Under the pieces are notes generated by a model. It was given only the letters and a program-made list of their open reading frames with translations, had not been told where the DNA came from and ran no database searches. 64,000 bases of DNA from a virus (Duplodnaviria > Caudoviricetes). The position numbers and the translations under genes are program-made. Position 1 is the first letter of the stretch; every line of letters starts with the position of its first letter. Location of the stretch: positions 32,001 through 96,000 of the IMG/VR virus record IMGVR_UViG_3300037067_002413. One strand, given 5' to 3'. Positions 56,915 to 64,000 of the stretch are shown here, one piece after another.

Positions 56915-57136
56915 ATGTCAAAAACAGTCTGGAAGAAATCAAAAGCGGGCAATGAGTTTGCCATCATAAATGGAATAAACGTAGGAACATACGCTGATCC
57001 ATTACTTGAAGGACGTTTTAAGTGGAGGGTGGGAAACTGTTTTAGTCAAGGAAGTTATTTTAACTCAGACGATGCCAAAGCCGCTATGCTCGACTGCCTA
57101 CGGGATGTCGTGACTATTCTGGAGTCCGTGTTGTAA
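56915..57136 (+). CDS. Hypothetical protein
   Basis: Operon packing. Confidence 0.55.
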   Translation: MSKTVWKKSKAGNEFAIINGINVGTYADPLLEGRFKWRVGNCFSQGSYFNSDDAKAAMLDCLRDVVTILESVL

Positions 57137-57138
57137 TA

Positions 57139-57879
57139 ATGGAATTCATTCGCAAGAAAATCCGTGGGCAGAACAAAAAGATTCGTAGGACATGGATGTC
57201 CAATGAAAAATATCGAATTGTTTGGCGATCCGAAGCCTACGGAATAGGTCTGCCGGCTGCCTATCAGGCGAACGTCCGCATCATGTTGCCCAATGGCAAA
57301 GAGATGTGGGATTTTGTGAATAACCGCCGGTTGTTCAAGACGATGAAGGCAGCCCAAGAAGCCTGCGAGAAACACCAACGTCTTTGGCAGCAAGTGGCTG
57401 AGGGGACTGGCATCAGAAAACTCGAAGAATTATTCGGCATGGTGCCACTGGGTTATCCATTGTGGGTCAAGTCGAAATTGAATCGAAATATGTATGCCCT
57501 GTTGATGGACATGACCACACGCAATCGTAAGGACATCAGAATATGCGACCTAGACCAAGACGCCCTTATAAGAATTTCGGCCTCTTTTGCCTCTGGTACG
57601 GAAGCGACGGAGGAAAACCTTACCCTTGTCTCGCCTGTAGAGGAAGAGGATTTACCTACGACCCCAGAAATAGAAAGTTCATCGACCTTGGACCTAAAAC
57701 TACCTGCGCCGAATGCAACGGCACCGGCCAAGGTACGAAAGAAGCGTGTCGCCAAGCCTACACCCTCGAAATCGAAACCTACAAAGCTCAAGTCGCGGAA
57801 CACCAAAAGCGAGTCCAAGTCTACAAAGAAGCCCTCGCCAAACTCACGAAAAACGAGAAAGACGCGATCAAAGAATTAG
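57139..57879 (+). CDS. Hypothetical protein whose disordered C-terminal tail overlaps the next gene
   Basis: Globular-looking N-terminal ~135 aa, then acidic and Lys/Ser-rich tail. Confidence 0.6.
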   Translation: MEFIRKKIRGQNKKIRRTWMSNEKYRIVWRSEAYGIGLPAAYQANVRIMLPNGKEMWDFVNNRRLFKTMKAAQEACEKHQRLWQQVAEGTGIRKLEELFGMVPLGYPLWVKSKLNRNMYALLMDMTTRNRKDIRICDLDQDALIRISASFASGTEATEENLTLVSPVEEEDLPTTPEIESSSTLDLKLPAPNATAPAKVRKKRVAKPTPSKSKPTKLKSRNTKSESKSTKKPSPNSRKTRKTRSKN

Positions 57880-57890
57880 GAATGCCATGA
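57543..57890 (+). CDS. DnaJ-type Zn-finger protein
   Basis: CLACRGRG and CAECNGTG; stop overlaps next start (ATGA). Confidence 0.7.
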   Translation: MRPRPRRPYKNFGLFCLWYGSDGGKPYPCLACRGRGFTYDPRNRKFIDLGPKTTCAECNGTGQGTKEACRQAYTLEIETYKAQVAEHQKRVQVYKEALAKLTKNEKDAIKELGMP

Positions 57891-58792
57891 AAAAGTTTTG
57901 TCCAAACTGCGAAGAGATGCTGAAAACCGATAGCAATAATCCCAACATTGGACATTGCAAGGGCTGCGGTTGGTCCGGGCATTTGAGTCAGGCCGATCGA
58001 GAGCCGGGATTGCCAACCAAGAAACCCAAGTTGCCGTATGTCAGCATTGACATCGAGACAACAGGACTCAATCCCGAAACATGCCAGACATTGGAGATCG
58101 GTGCCGTCATTGATGATTGGACCTTACCGATCGACGAATTGCCGGTCTTCCATCGTGTTCTGTCCTACGATGAAGTTTCGGGATCGCCTTTCGCAATGTC
58201 GCTCAATGCCAATTTATTGAAACTCATTGGCAATCGACCGCAGGAAGACCAATTGGACTTGCCCGTTCAGGCTGTCGCTACTTGGATGGAAAAGTGCGCT
58301 TTCCCAAACAAAGACTTTCCACAAGCAACGATACGAAGGTTACTGGGCGAAACACCAATTCATTGGTATGAGATACCAAATGTTCTTTTGATGATAGGGC
58401 GTCGATACGACCTCGCAGAAGCATTGACGCTCGGCGGCAATCCGCCTGGAGTATCCTGTTTCTGCCGCGATTTTGAGTTAGCGGAATTATTTGCTACGTG
58501 GATCGCGGCCAACGGTCTCGATCCAAAGAGTGTCCAGGCTGCGGGAAAGAATTTCTCCAGTTTTGACATGCAATTTCTTAATCGACTGCCCTGGTTCAGT
58601 GAACACATCAAGTTCCGTCATCGAGTAATTGATCCTGCCATCCTTTTCTGGAATCCAGCGGAGGATGATCGGTTACCTGACAGCAAGACGTGTTACGAAC
58701 GAGCCGGGTATGGCGACACGGTGGCTCATACCGCCGTGGAAGATGCCAAAGCAGTCGTCTGGCTTGTACGCCAGGGCGTTAAACGCCTATAG
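57887..58792 (+). CDS. Zn-ribbon + DEDDh exonuclease (oligoribonuclease-like)
   Basis: CPNC..CKGC; IDIETTGL, GKNFSSFD, HTAVEDA. Confidence 0.85.
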   Translation: MKKFCPNCEEMLKTDSNNPNIGHCKGCGWSGHLSQADREPGLPTKKPKLPYVSIDIETTGLNPETCQTLEIGAVIDDWTLPIDELPVFHRVLSYDEVSGSPFAMSLNANLLKLIGNRPQEDQLDLPVQAVATWMEKCAFPNKDFPQATIRRLLGETPIHWYEIPNVLLMIGRRYDLAEALTLGGNPPGVSCFCRDFELAELFATWIAANGLDPKSVQAAGKNFSSFDMQFLNRLPWFSEHIKFRHRVIDPAILFWNPAEDDRLPDSKTCYERAGYGDTVAHTAVEDAKAVVWLVRQGVKRL

Positions 58793-58909
58793 AAACGGAT
58801 AAGCCGCCAGAGTTCGTCAAACTACCAGACCCGGATTTCTCGGGTTGGCATTAGCCTTCTGCCGGGGCGCGTGGATCGGCGGCCGGCAATTTTTAACAAG
58901 GAGAGGTTT

Positions 58910-59101
58910 GTGGACAAGTTCATTGTTGGTTCGTGTGTGATGTTGGTGTTTTTGGTTGTCATCGGATTGTTGGTTGGCTTCCCCATCATGTGGTTGTGGA
59001 ATTGGTTGATGCCGATTCTCTTCCACCTTCCGACCATCGACTTCTGGCAGGCAATCGGGTTGTTTGCTTTGGTCCGTTGCCTTGTGCCAACGCACAAATA
59101 G
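58910..59101 (+). CDS. Small membrane protein
   Basis: AAGGAGAGG RBS; MWLWNWLMP..F.LPTIDFWQAIGL. Confidence 0.7.
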   Translation: MDKFIVGSCVMLVFLVVIGLLVGFPIMWLWNWLMPILFHLPTIDFWQAIGLFALVRCLVPTHK

Positions 59102-59195
59102 GACAACCAGAATCTTTGTGCTAACCGGAAATCTTATGGGATCGTTAGAGTTTACCTAAACCGCAACCGATACCCATTATACCAAAGGAGAGTCA

Positions 59196-59543
59196 ATGGC
59201 TACGACCGCAAGTAAATGGGTTCAAGTCAAGACGCCCACCGATATTGCCTTGAACGGTGTCAACGTCGAACTTGACTACACCAATACCAATATCGTTGGA
59301 GTTAAGGTGACTGACGGTGCCGGCAATGTCCTTCGGATTACCAAGGGCGATTACTCCGAGATCAAAGTCCTTGTGCCCGCAACGGTTGAAAAATATCGTG
59401 TTATTGGAACGTGTTGTGGCATGGCTGTAAATAAGTTGTACGACAACGAGGCCGATGCACAGGACAAGAAGGGCGAGATCGACAATCTTGACAGTCTTGG
59501 TGCTACGAAGGTGGAGATCGAGAAAGTCATGGTGCCTGAATGA
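59196..59543 (+). CDS. Hypothetical protein
   Basis: AAGGAG RBS. Confidence 0.65.
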   Translation: MATTASKWVQVKTPTDIALNGVNVELDYTNTNIVGVKVTDGAGNVLRITKGDYSEIKVLVPATVEKYRVIGTCCGMAVNKLYDNEADAQDKKGEIDNLDSLGATKVEIEKVMVPE

Positions 59544-59758
59544 ACATGAAGATGTCTGAAATTGCACGAGTCTGGGAAGAGTACACACCAGAAGAAAAGC
59601 GCGAGAGCGTCATGTCACGCGCTAAAAAACTCGGGCACTGCGTTTGCAACCGAAAGAAAATGTGCCCATGTGACATCTTTTTGGAGAAGGATGTTTGTAT
59701 CTGTGCCGGCGAGTCATTGGATGACGTTACGACGGCCGAAGTTACCACTCCGAAATAA
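59540..59758 (+). CDS. Ferredoxin:thioredoxin reductase catalytic-subunit-like Cys protein
   Basis: GHCVC...CPC...CIC, three CxC motifs as in FTR-c. Confidence 0.5.
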   Translation: MNMKMSEIARVWEEYTPEEKRESVMSRAKKLGHCVCNRKKMCPCDIFLEKDVCICAGESLDDVTTAEVTTPK

Positions 59759-59769
59759 GGACGTTGACA

Positions 59770-59964
59770 ATGTGCGAATCCAAAGAAAATGAATTCGATT
59801 GGGAAGATGATCCTCTCGACGAGGATGATCCTGATGATCTCGACAACGATCTCGATGACGATCTCGTTGACGATCTCGATGACGATGATTGGGACGATGA
59901 CGATGACTGGGATGATGACGATGACTGGGACGGCGAAGATGAAGCCACTCCCTGGGTTGACTAA
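59770..59964 (+). CDS. Extremely acidic Asp-rich micro-protein
   Basis: AAGGA RBS; DDL and DDDDW repeats. Confidence 0.6.
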   Translation: MCESKENEFDWEDDPLDEDDPDDLDNDLDDDLVDDLDDDDWDDDDDWDDDDDWDGEDEATPWVD

Positions 59965-59984
59965 AACCTGAAAAGGATACTGAC

Positions 59985-60254
59985 ATGCCTGCAATCGAAG
60001 CATTGGCCTTCTTTGCTCTACTGGCGTTCGCATTCATGCTTTACCGATGGTTGATCCACTCCAAGTGGTTTTCGCGGCTGATCGGTGGCGTGAAACCATT
60101 GCCAGAGACGGTCGAAGAAGTCTTGAAAGACCTACACGAATCCGAGCAAGTTGCTTGGCAACGCGCAGAAGATGCCCGAACCACTTCCGTTAGGGAGCGA
60201 AAGACGGCAAGTACGATTCAGCGTCAAGTTCGACGCAAACTCACCCCTTTTTAA
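59985..60254 (+). CDS. Membrane-anchored hypothetical protein
   Basis: AAGGA RBS; N-terminal TM. Confidence 0.6.
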   Translation: MPAIEALAFFALLAFAFMLYRWLIHSKWFSRLIGGVKPLPETVEEVLKDLHESEQVAWQRAEDARTTSVRERKTASTIQRQVRRKLTPF

Positions 60255-60267
60255 TCTGGAGGTTTCC

Positions 60268-61602
60268 ATGAGTGCTGCTACGCAAGTGAAGCTGGCTGCG
60301 GCCGGCATCGTGACCTTTCTCGCCCTGATCCTGGTAGGGATCATGTGGGGTGGCTTGGTCGGACACAACAACATGCAGGATTATCAAATCTACCAGTCGG
60401 TCTACGGCAATGTGTCCGTTATCGACAAGTCCGGTTACTACGGAAAATGGTTTGCCACCGTCTGGACGATGCCTCGTTCGATTCAGTGTTACTACTCGGC
60501 CAGCCCGAAAGAAGGCGGCAAATCCGACGATTCGATTCGAGTCACCTTCAACGATGGCGGCACCGCGCAAATCAGTTCGTTCGTGAAGATTCGTCTACCT
60601 GCGGATGAACCCCATCGGTTGCTGATCCACCAGGATTATGCCTCCAATCGGGATAGCATCATTGACGCCGTGAAGTCGCATCTCACAAATTGCGTGAAGT
60701 CCACTGGTCCGATGATGAGTGCCAGCGAGAATCAAGCAAGCCGTAAAGCCGAATTCAACCAGGTTGTCGAAGAACAACTCTCCAAGGGATTGTTCGAGAT
60801 GCGGCGTACCGAAGTTGAATTGTCCGATATGGGTCAATTGGAGGCAGCCGGCATCGGTGCTGATGGCAAACCCATCATGCGCGAGAAGAAAGCCAAGGTT
60901 GCGGCCACCGAGATCGTGCGTGACGGCAAGAATGCGCCTATTATCGTACAGGAAAGTCCGCTGAAACGGTACGGCATCGAGATCATTCAATTCTCGGTGA
61001 CGGAAACCGAATACGATGGCAAGACTTTGGAGCAGTTCGCCGCCAAGAAGCAAAGTTACTTGGCTGCCGAACAAGCGAAGGCTCAACGCCAAGAAGAACA
61101 ACAGCAAAAGTTGATGATCGTTGAGCGCGGGCTACGCCAGGTCGCCGAAACCGAAGCCGCTGCGAATCTGGAGAAGAAAAAGGCAACCGTCTCGGCTCAA
61201 CAGGAGCAAGAGGTAGCCGTGATTCGCAAACAGCAGGCTGTTACGCAGGCTCAACAGAAGGTCGAAGTCGCCTTGCAGGATAAACAAGAGGCTGAAACCT
61301 TGAAAGCGATCGCTCAGATCAAAGCCGACCGTGCTGAATTGGACAAGAAAGCCGTGATTTCGGCCGCCGAGGCAAAAGCCAAGGAGATCGAGATTGCCGG
61401 TGGATTGTCTGATAGGGATCGCGTTTTGGCTCAAATCAAAGCCGATCGTGACGTGAAAGTTGCGGCTTCCCTGGCTGGTATCCAATCGCCCCGCGTCATT
61501 ATGACTGGTGGCGACGGCAAGGATGGCAAAGGCGTCAACGACAACCTGATGAATCTCATGTTGTTGAAGGCAACCGGCGTACTGCCTAACGAAGGTAAGT
61601 AA
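60268..61602 (+). CDS. SPFH/band 7 (flotillin-like) membrane protein
   Basis: N-terminal TM, VTFNDGGTAQI, long AEA-rich coiled coil; GGAGG RBS. Confidence 0.85.
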   Translation: MSAATQVKLAAAGIVTFLALILVGIMWGGLVGHNNMQDYQIYQSVYGNVSVIDKSGYYGKWFATVWTMPRSIQCYYSASPKEGGKSDDSIRVTFNDGGTAQISSFVKIRLPADEPHRLLIHQDYASNRDSIIDAVKSHLTNCVKSTGPMMSASENQASRKAEFNQVVEEQLSKGLFEMRRTEVELSDMGQLEAAGIGADGKPIMREKKAKVAATEIVRDGKNAPIIVQESPLKRYGIEIIQFSVTETEYDGKTLEQFAAKKQSYLAAEQAKAQRQEEQQQKLMIVERGLRQVAETEAAANLEKKKATVSAQQEQEVAVIRKQQAVTQAQQKVEVALQDKQEAETLKAIAQIKADRAELDKKAVISAAEAKAKEIEIAGGLSDRDRVLAQIKADRDVKVAASLAGIQSPRVIMTGGDGKDGKGVNDNLMNLMLLKATGVLPNEGK

Positions 61603-61608
61603 GTCGTT

Positions 61609-61706
61609 GTTTCTGTCGTCTAATGGCAAAAAGGCAACCAAAAGAATTATGCCTTTTAGGACACCGGCAGCGGTCGGTGATACAGGTTCGATTCCTGTCG
61701 GAAACA
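61609..61706 (+). ncRNA. Aberrant tRNA-like RNA (hairpin inserted in D loop, 4-nt anticodon loop)
   Basis: GTTTCTG/CGGAAAC acceptor; ACAGG-TTCGATT-CCTGT T arm; AAAAGGCA/TGCCTTTT insert; CCGGC-AGCG-GTCGG. Confidence 0.65.
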
Positions 61707-61708
61707 CT

Positions 61709-61885
61709 GCATCGGCGGCGTGGAATGGACACGCAGGGTCTTGGTGGGTTCCTAATTAAGGATGACGCCAGGATGCCAGACCCGGAATGGTAGGACGCCA
61801 AGCGCAGCGTTAGTAACCTACCGGACTACAAAGCCCGTCATTTATGGGTGCGCCTGGGAGCCGGAATCGAATACGGCCCGATGCG
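61709..61885 (+). ncRNA. tRNA-like RNA with large multibranch domain replacing the anticodon arm
   Basis: GCATCGG/CCGATGC acceptor; GCGTG/CACGC D-like arm; GCCG-GAATCGAATA-CGGC T-like arm; three internal hairpins. Confidence 0.55.
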
Positions 61886-61888
61886 TTT

Positions 61889-61964
61889 GGCCTCGTCTAA
61901 TTCTAAATGGTCAGGATACTGGACCTTCAATCCGGGGATGCGGGTTCGAGTCCCGCCGAGGCTA
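61889..61964 (+). tRNA. tRNA-Glu(TTC), C33 variant with atypical D arm
   Basis: GGCCTCG/CGAGGCT acceptor; CTGGA-CCTTCAA-TCCGG; GCGGG-TTCGAGT-CCCGC. Confidence 0.75.
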
Positions 61965-61966
61965 CT

Positions 61967-62275
61967 ATGATGAATAATGAACCACACCAACGACGCCTGC
62001 CACTTAGAATCGGTGGCGTAATGCGATGCTGCATTGAAACGCTTGACAATGCACTTGTGACAGAGAACGAAGGGGACACGTTACATTGCCTCTATTGCAC
62101 GTCCCAACTCCGCGTCCGAGATGGCGCATGGGAGTGGGATTATCCACGGGAACACAATTATGGAAGTACGATTAAGCCGACGAAACCTGCTGACGCTCCT
62201 GGCAAAACTCGACATCCCAGGCGACGATTGCATGTTGATGAAGCCGGACGGAACGGTAGTAATTGCCGAACCTGA
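61967..62275 (+). CDS. Hypothetical Cys-containing protein
   Basis: MRCC...CLYC; 3' part overlaps next ORF. Confidence 0.45.
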   Translation: MMNNEPHQRRLPLRIGGVMRCCIETLDNALVTENEGDTLHCLYCTSQLRVRDGAWEWDYPREHNYGSTIKPTKPADAPGKTRHPRRRLHVDEAGRNGSNCRT

Positions 62276-62414
62276 CGAAGTTCATTATGCAAATCGCCCT
62301 GGTCCAGGTCCATTGAGCGACGAGACGGAAGCAAGGATGGCTGGCACCGAGGCCGCGATCGAAGCCATGCGTCAGTTTTGGAGCGATTCATGCGAGAACC
62401 TGCATTTGCTCTAG
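62160..62414 (+). CDS. Hypothetical phage protein
   Basis: LSRRNLLTLLAKLD...AEPDEVHY..RPGPG. Confidence 0.65.
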   Translation: MEVRLSRRNLLTLLAKLDIPGDDCMLMKPDGTVVIAEPDEVHYANRPGPGPLSDETEARMAGTEAAIEAMRQFWSDSCENLHLL

Positions 62415-62549
62415 TCGTTGTCGAATGGCATGGTCGAGGGCGTATCCTAAAAAGGGTTACAAGTCCAATATGGTGAACGCTGCCAGAAATAAAGGTCCGC
62501 AATATCAAGTTGTTAAGACCAACGGAAAAGTCGGAGATTACGTGAAATT

Positions 62550-62777
62550 ATGACGTTCTACATGCTGCGTGACAAGAAGACAGGAAAATGGTATCGACGT
62601 GGGAGCGAAAGTGGTTCCTGGGTCGATCAATCCAATGCGTCTGTCTGGACCTCGCCGGATGGTCCGCAAGCCTGTAAAGGCGTCATTACAAAACGCAATT
62701 GGCACAGGTCGTCCGTTCGGGAACCGGAGATTGTGGCCATCGAAGTTCCATCCTATGAGGAAACACAATGCGGTTGA
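62550..62777 (+). CDS. Hypothetical protein
   Basis: YMLRDKKTGKWY...W...ASVW. Confidence 0.6.
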   Translation: MTFYMLRDKKTGKWYRRGSESGSWVDQSNASVWTSPDGPQACKGVITKRNWHRSSVREPEIVAIEVPSYEETQCG

Positions 62778-63250
62778 AGTTGCTGTGGACGATCATGCGG
62801 CATAAGTGGTACGTGCTCTACGCGGGCATCCGGCTGGGCGTTTCGCTCAAACGACTGCTCAAACACGATCTGTCGAAACTATCACGGGCAGAGTTTGGAC
62901 CTTATGCCAGATTCCGATATGGCGATCGGGATGATAGGCAAAGTTCACGAGCATGGGCCGAAGCCTGGTGGCACCACTACTTCAATAACGATCACCATTG
63001 GGAATACTGGTTATCGCGCGACCCTAAATTGCGTGGCATTCCGACTGGAGGCAATCTTCCTATGTCGGTGGACGCCGCCCGCGAAATGGTCGCCGATTGG
63101 CTGGCTGCCGGAAAAGTATATGAAGGCAAATGGCCAGACCTGAATGATTTTACATGGTTCAAGAAACGAAGGCACGAGATGCAAATGCACCCGCTCAGTT
63201 GGGCGCGATTGTTTATTGAAATCGACAAGGCGGCGAAACTGAAATGGTAA
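62768..63250 (+). CDS. HD-domain protein (DUF5662-like)
   Basis: HK..V, HDLSK, AWWHH..NNDHHWEYW, EMVADW. Confidence 0.75.
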   Translation: MRLKLLWTIMRHKWYVLYAGIRLGVSLKRLLKHDLSKLSRAEFGPYARFRYGDRDDRQSSRAWAEAWWHHYFNNDHHWEYWLSRDPKLRGIPTGGNLPMSVDAAREMVADWLAAGKVYEGKWPDLNDFTWFKKRRHEMQMHPLSWARLFIEIDKAAKLKW

Positions 63251-63519
63251 ACTGCGGTTGCAACGGAGAGCATTGGTGTCACGAATGCAGGCATCATAGT
63301 TATGACACTGTGTATAACGAAACGGATTGCAAAAAAGGAAATGCAATCGTCAGCGGCCGAGAGACAGACTGCAAGGATTGGGAGTGCGAATATATCGGAT
63401 GGTGCCAAACAAACGGCGACAAAATCAAAGAACTGACAGCAAAGTTAAGCGAGATGGTTGGGTTGTACGAGGCTGAGAAACTTCTGAGAAAGCAAGCCGA
63501 AAAAGAAATTAGCCCATGA
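63244..63519 (+). CDS. Cys-rich hypothetical protein
   Basis: Overlapping starts and stops with neighbours. Confidence 0.5.
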   Translation: MVNCGCNGEHWCHECRHHSYDTVYNETDCKKGNAIVSGRETDCKDWECEYIGWCQTNGDKIKELTAKLSEMVGLYEAEKLLRKQAEKEISP

Positions 63520-63959
63520 TAACCACTTACGATCAACAATACCACATTCCCTGCGAAGTGTGCGGCAAGTGGACGCTCTACATCGGCAAAAGAAGATTGT
63601 GCCAAAATTGTTGGGAGGTAGAAAGCCGACTTGAAGAGTATCTGAAAACCGCCAAAGGACGCGAGTTCGTCGTACAAAAGTTGACCGGCACGGTGTTTGG
63701 TTTACGACCGCCAGAATACGAAAAAGATCACATTGCATTGGATGCCGCTCGGTCTGCAAGTAGAGAAGGTTTTCAAGTTCGTTTGTCCAACAAGGCAGCC
63801 CTCGGATATTGGTGGGCTTATTACGACAATCAAGTTTGTCAAGCCGGCGATCCGGCTGATGCAATTCTCGGAATCTACAAAACTCTGGACGTAACGGTGA
63901 AAGATGAACGAGGCATTGAAATTACTCCACGATCTCAACGAGATTTGCAATCTCGGTGA
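63516..63959 (+). CDS. Zn-finger hypothetical protein
   Basis: CEVCG...CQNCWE. Confidence 0.55.
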   Translation: MITTYDQQYHIPCEVCGKWTLYIGKRRLCQNCWEVESRLEEYLKTAKGREFVVQKLTGTVFGLRPPEYEKDHIALDAARSASREGFQVRLSNKAALGYWWAYYDNQVCQAGDPADAILGIYKTLDVTVKDERGIEITPRSQRDLQSR

Positions 63960-64000
63960 TCTGATTTATCACGTCCGTGAAAACGAAGGACTTGGATGGG

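Noticed and set aside
61709-61885. tmRNA
   Set aside because: Too short, retains a D-like stem, and has no G3:U70 alanine determinant or tag ORF
38749-61964. Amber/opal suppressor tRNAs (CTA, TCA) and genetic-code reassignment
   Set aside because: The 7-nt loops centre on TCT and TTC; the stop anticodons appear only with a one-base shift; genes end normally at TAG and TGA

Overview
This window is part of a large tailed dsDNA phage genome with a long-tailed (siphovirus-like) organisation. No terminase, portal or integrase is visible here. 1-16.8 kb (+) is the virion module: P22-coat-like major capsid, head-tail joining genes, tail tube, tail chaperone with a likely -1 frameshift, tape measure and tail tip. 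16.9-20.6 kb (-) is a short divergent operon (primase-helicase, dATP/dGTP diphosphohydrolase, DEDDh exonuclease). 20.8-64 kb (+) is a long replication, nucleotide-metabolism and accessory arm: two ParB-domain proteins, SNF2 helicase, family A polymerase, sigma-like factor, DNA and RNA ligases, class II RNR, dCMP deaminase, dUTPase, five DNA methyltransferases, two SPFH proteins and tRNAs. The most striking element is 29.57-30.31 kb, directly upstream of a Ro60/TROVE gene. It is a tandem array of eight Y-RNA-type modules (GGGC-bulged C-GA...GUUAUC...UUGCCC). Five are free-standing Y RNAs. Three are tRNA-Y RNA chimeras in which a circularly permuted Ro-binding stem is grafted into the anticodon arm of a normally connected tRNA, and one of these still carries an intact Asn anticodon loop. 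Other notable items: a C5 methyltransferase whose motif IX lies in an overlapping frame, two unrelated small proteins sharing a synonymously diverged 16-aa C-terminal tag, a perfect 39-bp repeated putative promoter, further aberrant tRNA-like RNAs and several unexplained structured intergenic RNAs. All calls come from motif recognition and by-eye folding; no database searches were run.
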